IMG/VR virus record: IMGVR_UViG_3300042549_005931
Coordinates: 1 to 64,000 of that record
Reading direction: 5' to 3' (one strand)
Length of the DNA stretch: 64,000 nt
Positions 1 through 9,154 of this stretch are shown piece after piece (within the stretch, counting starts at the first letter, position 1; every line of letters begins with the position of its first letter). The position numbers were made by a program, and so were the translations under genes. Under the pieces are notes generated by a model. It was not told the origin of the DNA. It ran no database searches and was given only the letters and a program-made list of their open reading frames with translations.

Positions 1-67
1 ATAATCTCTGTGGCGTAACAAATCTTTGTTCCAACACAATATACACATTTTCTTTGATATTTTCCAT
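1..67 (-). CDS. 5' end of a hypothetical gene running off the window (MENIKENVYIVLEQRFVTPQRL...)
   Basis: ATG at 67 just after the NlpC/P60 stop, same strand, frame open to the window edge. Confidence 0.4.
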   Translation of the reverse strand, partial: MENIKENVYIVLEQRFVTPQRL

Positions 68-79
68 ATATGGTTAAAT

Positions 80-544
80 TTATATACTAATATAAGAATA
101 AAATTTAATTCTACCAGCTCCTTTAAAATGTTTATCGTATTTTGGTTCACTAAGATTACTAATCTTCACCCCCTCAACTCGATTGGCTGCATGAACAAAG
201 TTACCATTACCAAGATACAATCCACAGTGCCAACCACTTGGACTTATTCTACTTCTAAAGAATAGAATGTCACCAACTACTAAACTATCCCTTTGTACAC
301 GTTTAGTTTGATTCCATTGTTGTTGACAGTTATTACCAAGCTTAATACCATATACTTCACCGTATAATTTCTTTGTAAATTGTGAACAATCAATACCATT
401 TTTGGTTGAACCACCTAACCTATATCTAACTCCCATCCATTCGTTAATAAATGTTGAAAGTTCTTTTGTTTGACCAACACATGACATCGTAATTAATAAC
501 ATTACAATTATCAGAATGGTTATATCTTTAAATGTTTGTTTCAT
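80..544 (-). CDS. NlpC/P60 peptidoglycan endopeptidase, probable lipoprotein
   Basis: Hydrophobic N-terminus ending LLITMSC (lipobox-like); YRLGG..GIDCSQF catalytic Cys, GDILFF, HCGLYLGNGNFVHA. Confidence 0.9.
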   Translation of the reverse strand: MKQTFKDITILIIVMLLITMSCVGQTKELSTFINEWMGVRYRLGGSTKNGIDCSQFTKKLYGEVYGIKLGNNCQQQWNQTKRVQRDSLVVGDILFFRSRISPSGWHCGLYLGNGNFVHAANRVEGVKISNLSEPKYDKHFKGAGRIKFYSYISI

Positions 545-1052
545 TTGATTTTAATTTATTTATAATCTTATCCTTTAGACCAGATTTCTTTACACCATCA
601 CGGTTTGTGGTAGCAAAGTATTTGTCATCATCACCCGTATGTACCATATACTTACCAATGTTTAAGTCATCGATAACCACGTAGTTTGTTATATTGTGTT
701 CCTTAATATACTCACCAATCTCGGCAGCTCTTGTCATCTCCTGATTACCTGACGCAATGAATACTTCACCCGTTACCGCAATGGGACATTTCTTAACTCT
801 GTTAAACTTGAAAATGGTTTCTAAGTTTGATAGACTAAAATACAATCTCCAATCAGATGACAATACAATCTCTGCACCGGTCTCATCCAATATCTCATTG
901 AATACGTCAACAGCACCTTTGTCCCACGGATATGGGACATCCAGTTCTTCCATCTCAGGATTCTTTCTCCAAAACTTGGCACGGTTCATAAAGAACTGTA
1001 AGTTAGTGGCTAAGACCCCATCAATATCAAGAAATATTACTGCTTTACCCAT
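528..1052 (-). CDS. HAD-superfamily protein (Swiss-army-knife RNA-repair-type HAD domain)
   Basis: FLDIDGVL motif I, IVLSSDWR, YVVIDD. Confidence 0.8.
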   Translation of the reverse strand: MGKAVIFLDIDGVLATNLQFFMNRAKFWRKNPEMEELDVPYPWDKGAVDVFNEILDETGAEIVLSSDWRLYFSLSNLETIFKFNRVKKCPIAVTGEVFIASGNQEMTRAAEIGEYIKEHNITNYVVIDDLNIGKYMVHTGDDDKYFATTNRDGVKKSGLKDKIINKLKSNETNI

Positions 1053-1399
1053 TTTTGTTCACTGTTTAATTTAAATGTCCCCATATGTTCTCGGTTCCAT
1101 TCGGTTGGACCTATCAAAGATAAGAATAAATTTCCATCTTTACCAATGTACAAATGATATGTCTCACCAATCACCGGTTCAAATGAAAAGTTAGAACGAT
1201 AAACCAAATCATTCCATTGGAATTCTTCAATCAGTTTATTATATTCTTCTTTTAATTCATTGAACTTGGTATTCAATTGTTTGTTAACCTTTTGAACCCC
1301 ACGGTTCTTCCACGTTGATACATCTTCAACTTTAATTGCCGGAGCACCAACATTACTACCATAAGGTAAAAGACCAGGATTTTCTGATATATTATCCAT
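1037..1399 (-). CDS. DUF2452-like protein
   Basis: LPYGSNVGAPAI, FEPVIGETYHLY, FLSLIGPTEW; ATG at 1399 preferred over the track's alternative start at 1408. Confidence 0.75.
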   Translation of the reverse strand: MDNISENPGLLPYGSNVGAPAIKVEDVSTWKNRGVQKVNKQLNTKFNELKEEYNKLIEEFQWNDLVYRSNFSFEPVIGETYHLYIGKDGNLFLSLIGPTEWNREHMGTFKLNSEQKWVKQ

Positions 1400-1514
1400 T
1401 GATTCCAAATAATAATCCTATAAGATATTGCCCCAAACGAATTAATAGATATATTGATAAGAGAAAAAAGGTGAATCCAATTAAGAAATCTTTAAAATCG
1501 TCAAACTTATTCAT
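1392..1514 (-). CDS. Small membrane peptide, 40 aa (MNKFDDFKDFLIGFTFFLLSIYLLIRLGQYLIGLLFGING), not in ORF track
   Basis: Fills the gap between DHFR and DUF2452 on the same strand; one hydrophobic helix. Confidence 0.55.
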   Translation of the reverse strand: MNKFDDFKDFLIGFTFFLLSIYLLIRLGQYLIGLLFGING

Positions 1515-1515
1515 A

Positions 1516-1899
1516 TTAATTTGTTTTAAAATAATAATGATATATCCTACATTGAGGATTTAAATTTCTGAAGTCAGGTTCGGGTGTGTCACCATCGGTA
1601 TAGTCATGTATGTGTGAGATGTGTAACTCGGTAAACCTATCACAGAAATGTTCATATGTTGCTTTACCCCCAATACACCAGTCCGCCAAATCATAATTTG
1701 TATCAATGTTATTACGGTCGTGAACAATTATCTCTCTACCGGGTAACTTAGGTAATGTTTGTGACGTTCTATAACCGACTAACAATGAACCACCCATGGT
1801 AAGTTTCTTGAAGTGTTGTAAATCTTCACTTGACCTCCAAGGTAAATCATTATTTAATCCGATGTAACCAGCCTTGTTAATTGCAATTATTCCCTTCAT
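1516..1899 (-). CDS. folA: Dihydrofolate reductase (short form)
   Basis: IGLNNDLPW..EDLQHFKKLT, GYRT, LPGR, IGGK motifs; adjacent to thyA. Confidence 0.9.
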   Translation of the reverse strand: MKGIIAINKAGYIGLNNDLPWRSSEDLQHFKKLTMGGSLLVGYRTSQTLPKLPGREIIVHDRNNIDTNYDLADWCIGGKATYEHFCDRFTELHISHIHDYTDGDTPEPDFRNLNPQCRIYHYYFKTN

Positions 1900-1900
1900 G

Positions 1901-3073
1901 TTAGTTTGATAATGGAGCTTTAATTTTTGGATGTGATTGATAATTCACCAACTCAAAACAATCGGGTCTATATGATAGTATTTTATCATTAAATGATTTT
2001 GGACCCAAATGTTCTTTTACTTTTTCATGCATATACCAATTTCTTTCCGTAATTGTAATAGCCGGTAAATCATATGGTTCTCTACTGATTTGTTCTTTTG
2101 CTTGTTCAATGTGGTTTTTATATAAATGCACATCTCCCAAATTACCAATCAAATCTTCAGGTATCATATTAACTTCTTTTGCTATAATCTCTAATAGTAA
2201 TGCATAAGATGCAATGTTAAATGGTAATCCTAAAAATGTATCTACTGAACGTTGATTCCACATTAATGATATGGTTCTTTTAGGGACAGGATATAATTTA
2301 TCAATTTCGTTATGGTCAACCACATGAAAATCAAAAGGGTCAAACACTTCATATTTTTTAGACGCCAAATCCAATCGTTCCTCTATACTCAGCTCTCTTG
2401 TATAAACTTGGAACCCGTAATGACATGGAGGTAAAACCATTTGGTCTAACTCTGCTACATTCCAAGCATTTACCATCAATCTTCTACTATCAGGATTTGT
2501 TTTTAGGTCATGTACTAATCGTAGTATTTGGTCATACCACAATGAACCTTTCTCATTCTTATCCATATCCATCCACCCTTGCCACTGTCTCCACTGCTTA
2601 CCATAGATTGGTCCTAAATCACCCCATTTCTTTGCAAACTCATTATCGGTTTTTATTTTGTTGATAAACTCTTTTTGTGTTAAAATTATGTAATCATCAC
2701 CATCTTCAGTTTCAATTTTAATCATTTCACCTCTTATGGTTTTGATAATAAAATCATCAATAGGATTCTCCAATTGAAAATCATTAGTGATTTTCTCATA
2801 GTTCTTATAAGTATCACCATCCCAAATGTGGCAATCGTAATCTAATAGGAATTTGATGTTAGTATCTCCTCTTAAAAACCATAAGAGTTCTGTTACAATG
2901 GAGTTCCAATGCATCTTCTTTGTGGTTAGTAATGGAAACCCCTGTGACATCTTATGACGAATCTGTCTACCAAATACTGATATCGTACCGGTACCTGTTC
3001 TATCATCCTTTTCAACTCCGTTATCTAAAATATCTTGTAGGAGTTCTTGGTACTTACTATCGATTGTATTCAT
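1901..3073 (-). CDS. thyA: Thymidylate synthase with insertions
   Basis: DRTGTGT, ELLWFLRG, LGPIYGKQWR, LPPCH (catalytic Cys), QRSVDTFLGLPFN, GDVHLY. Confidence 0.97.
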   Translation of the reverse strand: MNTIDSKYQELLQDILDNGVEKDDRTGTGTISVFGRQIRHKMSQGFPLLTTKKMHWNSIVTELLWFLRGDTNIKFLLDYDCHIWDGDTYKNYEKITNDFQLENPIDDFIIKTIRGEMIKIETEDGDDYIILTQKEFINKIKTDNEFAKKWGDLGPIYGKQWRQWQGWMDMDKNEKGSLWYDQILRLVHDLKTNPDSRRLMVNAWNVAELDQMVLPPCHYGFQVYTRELSIEERLDLASKKYEVFDPFDFHVVDHNEIDKLYPVPKRTISLMWNQRSVDTFLGLPFNIASYALLLEIIAKEVNMIPEDLIGNLGDVHLYKNHIEQAKEQISREPYDLPAITITERNWYMHEKVKEHLGPKSFNDKILSYRPDCFELVNYQSHPKIKAPLSN

Positions 3074-3437
3074 CTTTAATATTTAATCTTTTTTTGTTTT
3101 CTCTTTCATCTTCGTGGCTATAGGATTCCTTGTGTGAAATAATTCTATGAAATTCTTTATAAGCACTTGGATGTGTTTCTCTTATACGGTCGATACCAAA
3201 CTCATATTCAAATAAGACATCTTCGTATCTCCGCTCTTTAGAATCAAAACCATCTTCCAACGTGGTAATGTCAATTTGTAATGATTGAATTACATTCCTC
3301 AATGAATCTTCTTTACACACATGTGCATCGATTGCAACCGGTGCACTACGTTGATTGTAATTTTCGGCGAGTCCCCATGATAGTAAGACCGCTATGGCAA
3401 CGAAACTTATTAATAATACATTGTTTTTATTTTCCAT
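3057..3437 (-). CDS. Hypothetical protein, N-terminal TM helix plus coiled coil
   Basis: Tightly packed ORF; hydrophobic residues 7-24. Confidence 0.6.
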   Translation of the reverse strand: MENKNNVLLISFVAIAVLLSWGLAENYNQRSAPVAIDAHVCKEDSLRNVIQSLQIDITTLEDGFDSKERRYEDVLFEYEFGIDRIRETHPSAYKEFHRIISHKESYSHEDERENKKRLNIKDEYNR

Positions 3438-3645
3438 AATATGGGTTTTTTTGAGATTGAATTCCTATTGTTAATTTTAAAAATTGAAAATATAACCCCC
3501 AACCTGGTGATGTCTCACCGGTCGTCCAAAATTGATATGGGTTATGAAAAAATACTATGGTTGGTAATATAAACCATTCCTTTCTACCCCATCTAATGAA
3601 ATAGTCAGTATATCTTTTTGGTTCTTTATTCGTCATAATTTCCAC
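3427..3645 (-). CDS. Hypothetical small protein
   Basis: Overlaps neighbours on the same strand. Confidence 0.5.
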   Translation of the reverse strand: MEIMTNKEPKRYTDYFIRWGRKEWFILPTIVFFHNPYQFWTTGETSPGWGLYFQFLKLTIGIQSQKNPYYGK

Positions 3646-3928
3646 TTGTTCTTCTCATCAATCTATCAACTTCATCCTCTTTCTCTTTTAGTTCAATGAT
3701 TCTCATGTAATAATTTTTCTTATCTCTATTTGAGTCCACGTTAACATTTTTATCGAACCATTTACTAAACCAAGTACCTTTATAAACTAAAACTTGACAT
3801 CTTTCATCAAACTCATCCGCATCATCCTTTTCCAATAATCCTTCTTGAACTAATTTTGACAATACGAGTTCTTTTACCTTTTGGTAATTCGACATATCTT
3901 GTTCTAAATCTAACAATTGTTGGTCCAT
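3626..3928 (-). CDS. Hypothetical protein
   Basis: Operon packing, plausible composition. Confidence 0.6.
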   Translation of the reverse strand: MDQQLLDLEQDMSNYQKVKELVLSKLVQEGLLEKDDADEFDERCQVLVYKGTWFSKWFDKNVNVDSNRDKKNYYMRIIELKEKEDEVDRLMRRTSGNYDE

Positions 3929-3929
3929 C

Positions 3930-4097
3930 TTATTTCTTTTTTAAGTAATCTAAAACAATGTTAAATGACCCGAGACCAATTGCTCCGAATCCAAAATACT
4001 TATCAAGTTGTGGGTCACCACCACTACCGTACTTCTCAATTAGAATCCCCGTGATTATCATCATCACGTAGACTATTTGTTTCAATGTTATTTTCAT
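3930..4097 (-). CDS. Small membrane protein, 55 aa (MKITLKQIVYVMMIITGILIEKYGSGGDPQLDKYFGFGAIGLGSFNIVLDYLKKK), not in ORF track
   Basis: Fills the 3928-4036 gap; stop 1 nt before the next ATG; two hydrophobic segments. Confidence 0.55.
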   Translation of the reverse strand: MKITLKQIVYVMMIITGILIEKYGSGGDPQLDKYFGFGAIGLGSFNIVLDYLKKK

Positions 4098-4287
4098 TTT
4101 CTTTTAATTTACTGATACACTTATATAAACAAAAAGATTCACTTATTGAATATAAACCATTACTTAATGCATAGTTTATACCAACTTCGATAATCTTAAT
4201 TGCGGATTCTTTATCCAAGGATTCAACAAAATTATCAAAATCCTTTTGAGTGTCAAATTCAATTAATCCTCCAAATATATTTTCCAT
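4036..4287 (-). CDS. Hypothetical protein
   Basis: First gene of the leftward operon; AT-rich upstream region. Confidence 0.6.
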   Translation of the reverse strand: MENIFGGLIEFDTQKDFDNFVESLDKESAIKIIEVGINYALSNGLYSISESFCLYKCISKLKENENNIETNSLRDDDNHGDSN

Positions 4288-4334
4288 ATGACAATAATAA
4301 AAAAATATTTTGATAAAACCAAATAATTATAGTT

Positions 4335-4700
4335 ATGTCAGTACACATCAACAACAAAACATTCCCTGCAGAATACTTATCAAGTCCCGAAGATATCCGT
4401 CAAGGTATGATGGGTCGTACTTCATTAGATGGTTGTATGGTATTTAAAATGGGAAAAGGTCACCATTCATTTTGGATGAAAAAATGCCTAATCCCATTAG
4501 ATATTGTTTTTGTTCTTAATAATCGTATCAACCGTATCCATTCAAACTGTGAAGTACCCGATTCTCATACAATGAATCCACCAAGATATACAGGTATTGG
4601 TGACCATGTTATTGAGTTTCCTGCCGGTACTGCCAACGATTGGAGAGTTGGTGACCGTGTTGCTATGTATTTGGGAACTCCTCAGAATCCTGTTCGATAG
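4335..4700 (+). CDS. DUF192 family protein
   Basis: RQGMMGR, MVF, FWMKKCLIPLDIVF, VIEFPAG. Confidence 0.85.
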   Translation: MSVHINNKTFPAEYLSSPEDIRQGMMGRTSLDGCMVFKMGKGHHSFWMKKCLIPLDIVFVLNNRINRIHSNCEVPDSHTMNPPRYTGIGDHVIEFPAGTANDWRVGDRVAMYLGTPQNPVR

Positions 4701-5373
4701 TTACCTCTTCAGAGTACGGCTCAATGTTTGAGAAATCATATTTTACTTTTGGTTTAGTCTTTTGGAATACCCAAAAATAAGAATGGTATTTACGAGCGTG
4801 TTCTTGTTTAGTCCACTTAGTACCAAAACTATTTATACGTAAATTGGCCACCAAAATAAAAAGGTCTTTAGGATAGAAACCTAACTCCATGGCCATATTC
4901 ATTACCATTGAGTGCGTAAAGTGATTACGTCCACCTGATACTGTATCTTGACACTTGAATACAACAAATCCGTTCTTATCTGTGATTCGATACAATTCTT
5001 TTAAGGTATTGTAATAGTTTCTCATCAAATGTCCGTAACTTTCATATCCCTCGTATCTTTTTGCTATGATAGAACTACCTTCAGCATTATCACGATATGA
5101 CTTACCCGCAATAACAAACGGAGGGTCGTACATAACAGACTTCATTGAATTATCATCAAATGGTAAGTTCTCGGAACTCGCTTCAATGATACTGTCGTTT
5201 TTGGGGAACAAATCCGACTTAAGTTTTGGTTCGGGTAAGTTTTTCCAAAAGTTACCTGTTGAATATGTACAGTCGAGGTCAAATTGTTCAATCCCATACA
5301 ATTCCATGATACTTTTAATAACTTCATCATTAGTGTTATAAACACTTTTAATCGGTTTAAAGTCTTTTTCCAT
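4663..5373 (-). CDS. Putative amino (N6-A/N4-C) DNA methyltransferase
   Basis: LDCTYSTGNFW SAM-binding region, DPPF catalytic motif, QEHARKYHSYFWVF tail. Confidence 0.7.
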   Translation of the reverse strand: MEKDFKPIKSVYNTNDEVIKSIMELYGIEQFDLDCTYSTGNFWKNLPEPKLKSDLFPKNDSIIEASSENLPFDDNSMKSVMYDPPFVIAGKSYRDNAEGSSIIAKRYEGYESYGHLMRNYYNTLKELYRITDKNGFVVFKCQDTVSGGRNHFTHSMVMNMAMELGFYPKDLFILVANLRINSFGTKWTKQEHARKYHSYFWVFQKTKPKVKYDFSNIEPYSEEVTIEQDSEEFPNT

Positions 5374-5438
5374 TGATTTTTAAATATTTTTTTCGTATAC
5401 TTTTTACAAATATAACCAATAAAAACAATAAACCAAAA

Positions 5439-5446
5439 TATTTATA
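5439..5446 (+). promoter_or_regulatory. TATTTATA motif, putative phage promoter
   Basis: 16 nt upstream of ATG 5463; recurs upstream of other gene starts in sense orientation. Confidence 0.45.
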
Positions 5447-5462
5447 AAAAAACAATACTACT

Positions 5463-5576
5463 ATGGCTTGTGGATGTAAAAAAAGAAATGAACAACCGGT
5501 ACAACCAATATCGATTCAAGTAAACGAAATTAAAACTCCGGCACCGACTTCAATACCGTCGGCACCTCAACAATAA
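5463..5576 (+). CDS. Small protein, 37 aa (MACGCKKRNEQPVQPISIQVNEIKTPAPTSIPSAPQQ), not in ORF track
   Basis: Preceded by TATTTATA and followed directly by a terminator-like hairpin. Confidence 0.6.
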   Translation: MACGCKKRNEQPVQPISIQVNEIKTPAPTSIPSAPQQ

Positions 5577-5577
5577 G

Positions 5578-5606
5578 ATATATCGGGTAACCCCCGATAT
5601 ATTTTT
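5578..5606 (+). terminator. Intrinsic terminator-like hairpin
   Basis: Stem ATATATCGGG (5578-5587) / CCCGATATAT (5593-5602), 5-nt loop, followed by a T run. Confidence 0.6.
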
Positions 5607-5633
5607 AACAAAAGATTATATAAATATATACAT

Positions 5634-5831
5634 ATGAAAAATGTAACAAAATTAACGAGTGTAAATGTTCTTGAGGACGTTTACAATAAATTTAAAGTTA
5701 AGGCTGTAAACAGTGAAATCAATTTACAAAAGTTAGTCAATAGGTCATTAGACTTATATAATAATGACCAAACTTACAGAGATAAGATAAATAATCACGA
5801 TAACTTAACTGCTACGGGTACCAAATTTTAA
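5634..5831 (+). CDS. Small putative ribbon-helix-helix DNA-binding protein
   Basis: KLTSVNV strand followed by two helices; heads the GT operon. Confidence 0.5.
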   Translation: MKNVTKLTSVNVLEDVYNKFKVKAVNSEINLQKLVNRSLDLYNNDQTYRDKINNHDNLTATGTKF

Positions 5832-5834
5832 TTT

Positions 5835-7190
5835 ATGAAGAAAAAGATATTACTATTATCTGACGACTTAAGGTCAACATCGGGTATTGCTACAATGTCA
5901 AAGGAATTTGTGTTGGGTACGGTGGATAAATACGATTGGGTCCAATTGGGTGCCATGATAAAACATCAAGATATTGGTAAAACCATTGACGTTAGTGAGG
6001 ATGTAAGAAATAAAACGGGGGTAAAAGATGCAAATGTAAAATTATATCCCAATAATGGTTATGGTGATATATTCACATTGAGGAGATTAATTGATATTGA
6101 AAAACCAGACGCCATTCTTCACTTTACAGACCCACACTATTGGCAATGGTTATACGATAATGAACAAGAAATTAGACAAAAATGTCCAATTTTGTTCTAT
6201 CATATATGGGATAATTTGCCTGACCCAAAATACAATAGAGATTATTATGAAAGTTGTGATTGGTTGGGTTGTATTTCCAAACAAACATACGGTATTGTTC
6301 ATCGTGTAGGTAAAATGAATAATGAATCAACATATAAACCATTAGAGGATTGGCAAATAAGTTATGTACCTCACGGTATTAATCAAAATGTTTTCAAACC
6401 AATTAAAAAAGTATCGGAAGATATTAGTAACTTTGTATATGGTGATAAAAAATATGATTTCATTTTGTTCTATAACAATCGAAACATTAGAAGAAAACAA
6501 CCAAGTGATGTAATCGCGTCATATAAATTATTCTGTGATAGTTTACCTAAGGACAAATCAAGTAAGTGTTTGTTATTAATGCACACACAACCAGTTGATG
6601 AGAATGGTACGGATTTAATTGCTGTAAAGAATAGTATATGTCCTGAATATGATGTGAAATTCACTAACTTTAAGTTGGAAGCCGATAAATTAAATGAGTT
6701 ATATAATTTAGTCGATTGTACAATTAATATTGCAAACAACGAGGGGTTTGGATTGGCTACGGCAGAGAGTATTATGACCGGCACACCTATTATTGTTAAT
6801 GTAACCGGTGGATTACAAGACCAATGTGGGTTTGATTTTAGTGCAGATGATTATATTTCAATTGGTTCTTTACATAATAAAGGTGAGAGGTCACAAACAA
6901 AACATGGTGAGTGGGTGATACCTGTATGGTCATCATCACAGAACTTAAATGGTTCAGTACTTACCCCATACATCTATGAAGATAGAGTTAATCTACAGGA
7001 TGTGGCAGACGCTATTAATAAAATGTATGAGTTGGGTAACAAGAAAAGAAAAGCTAATGGACAAAAAGGAAGAGAATGGGCAATTAAAAACCTATCTTCC
7101 AAAGTAATGTGTGATTCAATGTCTGAAGGTATTGATACAGCATTAAAGAACTATAAACCAAAGAGTAAATTTAAATTATACAAATTATAA
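5835..7190 (+). CDS. GT4-like (GT-B) glycosyltransferase
   Basis: VPHGIN, NRNIRRKQ, NEGFGLATAES (ExFG..E) motif. Confidence 0.9.
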   Translation: MKKKILLLSDDLRSTSGIATMSKEFVLGTVDKYDWVQLGAMIKHQDIGKTIDVSEDVRNKTGVKDANVKLYPNNGYGDIFTLRRLIDIEKPDAILHFTDPHYWQWLYDNEQEIRQKCPILFYHIWDNLPDPKYNRDYYESCDWLGCISKQTYGIVHRVGKMNNESTYKPLEDWQISYVPHGINQNVFKPIKKVSEDISNFVYGDKKYDFILFYNNRNIRRKQPSDVIASYKLFCDSLPKDKSSKCLLLMHTQPVDENGTDLIAVKNSICPEYDVKFTNFKLEADKLNELYNLVDCTINIANNEGFGLATAESIMTGTPIIVNVTGGLQDQCGFDFSADDYISIGSLHNKGERSQTKHGEWVIPVWSSSQNLNGSVLTPYIYEDRVNLQDVADAINKMYELGNKKRKANGQKGREWAIKNLSSKVMCDSMSEGIDTALKNYKPKSKFKLYKL

Positions 7191-8437
7191 TGAATAGACC
7201 AATATTATTATTTAGAGGACCGGTTGAAACACGGTCGGGATATGGAAGTCATGCAAGGGATGTGTTAGAATCTTTATATAAAATGGATATGTTCGATATT
7301 AGTATTGATAGTTGTAATTGGGGTGTCACTCCAATGAATGCGTTGGAAGATGGTAATGAATTTCATCAATGGATTAAAGAACACAAAGTTGCATCAATAA
7401 GTGGACAACCTGACATTTATGTGTCGGTTACAATATCAAATGAATTCAGAAGAATTGGTAAATTTAATGTTGGTGTTACTGCAGGCGTTGAGACTACAGT
7501 TGTGGGTAAAGATTTAATTGACGGGTGCAATGAGATGGATTTAATTATTGTTCCATCTACATTTACAAGAGACTCATATTACAACACCGTTTATAATGAA
7601 ACTGAACAATCAACCAATAGATTGATTAAACAATTTAGAGTTAATAAAACTATTGAAGTTTTATTTGAAGGTATTAATACAAACATATATAATGATGTTG
7701 TAGACGAATCTTTTGATTTGGATATTAAAGAGGATTTTGCGTTTCTATTTGTTGGTCATTGGTTAAAAGGTGACCTTGGTCAAGATAGAAAGGATGTGGG
7801 AATGTTAATTAAAACATTTGTTGAAACATATAAAGATGTTGAGGATAAACCCGCATTGGTATTAAAAACATCATCAGGTGCGTTTTCTGTTAAAGATAGA
7901 GAACTAATTGCTCAAAAAATTAAACACATCGTTGGTGGTTCAAATGTACCCGTTTATCTTTTGTATGGTGATTTAAGTGATAATGAGATGAATTCATTAT
8001 ATAATCACCCTAAAATTAAATCTATGATTAGTTTAACCAAGGGTGAAGGTTTTGGTAGACCATTATTGGAATTCTCAATGACCGGTAAACCTATCATTGC
8101 TTCCAATTGGTCGGGACATAAAGATTTTTTACCAATGGATAAGGCTATTATGATTGGTGGTTCATTAAATGATGTTCATGATAGTGCGGTTGATAAGTTC
8201 ATATTAAAGGGTGCCAAATGGTTTACTGCAAACTATGGTGAGGCTGCTTCCATTTTAAAATTGGTGAGGGATGAATATGATACCTTTAAAACAAAGTCAG
8301 AAGAATTAAAAGAGATTAATAGACGTGATTTTAGTTTGGAAATGATGACTAAGAAGTTTGAAACTATCTTGACACCATATATTCAAAGACCTGAACGTGT
8401 TGACCTAAAATTACCGAAGTTAAATAAGATTGGATAA
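7190..8437 (+). CDS. GT4-like (GT-B) glycosyltransferase
   Basis: SGYGSHAR, GEGFGRPLLEF, ASNWSGHKDF. Confidence 0.9.
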   Translation: MNRPILLFRGPVETRSGYGSHARDVLESLYKMDMFDISIDSCNWGVTPMNALEDGNEFHQWIKEHKVASISGQPDIYVSVTISNEFRRIGKFNVGVTAGVETTVVGKDLIDGCNEMDLIIVPSTFTRDSYYNTVYNETEQSTNRLIKQFRVNKTIEVLFEGINTNIYNDVVDESFDLDIKEDFAFLFVGHWLKGDLGQDRKDVGMLIKTFVETYKDVEDKPALVLKTSSGAFSVKDRELIAQKIKHIVGGSNVPVYLLYGDLSDNEMNSLYNHPKIKSMISLTKGEGFGRPLLEFSMTGKPIIASNWSGHKDFLPMDKAIMIGGSLNDVHDSAVDKFILKGAKWFTANYGEAASILKLVRDEYDTFKTKSEELKEINRRDFSLEMMTKKFETILTPYIQRPERVDLKLPKLNKIG

Positions 8438-8685
8438 TGAAAGAATTCAAATTTTTTAAAGAGAACGATACTCGATTATGTTTGGAGAATAGTTTTTTGA
8501 CCTTTCCTTCCCAAATAAGATATGATAACGTTGAGTTTTGTTTTCAATTTGATGATGATGAACCCACCGTTTTTGCAAACGGTACCGAAGAAATTAGTAT
8601 TATAATAGAACCAACGAATGGTGGTAATATCACATTTACTACCAATGATAAACAGTTTACAATATTTGCAAGAGAAAGACAATGA
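8437..8685 (+). CDS. Hypothetical protein starting MKEFKFFK
   Basis: Translationally coupled to neighbours. Confidence 0.6.
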   Translation: MKEFKFFKENDTRLCLENSFLTFPSQIRYDNVEFCFQFDDDEPTVFANGTEEISIIIEPTNGGNITFTTNDKQFTIFARERQ

Positions 8686-9068
8686 GAGAGTTTAAATTTT
8701 TCCGTGGTATTATAAGTCCACGTAAAATAAGAGTTACTTGGTCTCCTGAAATGGAACAAGATTTACAATCACACCATGGTATTGACGTTGAATCTGAATT
8801 AGCTTCATTGTTATCTGAAGAAATTGCTAGAGAAGTTGACAACGAAATATTAAGAAATCTAACAGGAACATTTCCATTTCCATTAACAGGAACCGGAACA
8901 ATAACTACTAATGGTGGTTACGCATTGACGACAACAAACACAGGTACTGCTAATTACACCACATTAACTGCAACAAACATCGCTAATACCAATTATACTA
9001 CAACAGCATCTGATAATTTACGTTACTTAAATCATTATATTAATATGGAGGGAGGTAATCGTGCATAG
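8682..9068 (+). CDS. Small protein containing a T4 Gp23 major-capsid-like fragment
   Basis: RKIRVTWSPEMEQDLQSHHGIDVESELASLLSEEIAREVDNEILRNL resembles the Gp23 core RxLKAxYSxELAQDLxAxHGxDAxAELxxILxxEIxxEINRE. Confidence 0.7.
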   Translation: MREFKFFRGIISPRKIRVTWSPEMEQDLQSHHGIDVESELASLLSEEIAREVDNEILRNLTGTFPFPLTGTGTITTNGGYALTTTNTGTANYTTLTATNIANTNYTTTASDNLRYLNHYINMEGGNRA

Positions 9069-9154
9069 ATGTGATTGGCATATATGGCAACCAGAAGGAT
9101 GGGAATTCTGTTGGAGATGTGAAGAATTAACTAGAGAACATAACAAAAAAAAAT

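Noticed and set aside
1901-3073. ThyA as a dCMP hydroxymethylase for DNA hypermodification
   Set aside because: It keeps the PFN Asn typical of dUMP-specific enzymes and is paired with DHFR; the insertions are in frame, with no sign of an intron.
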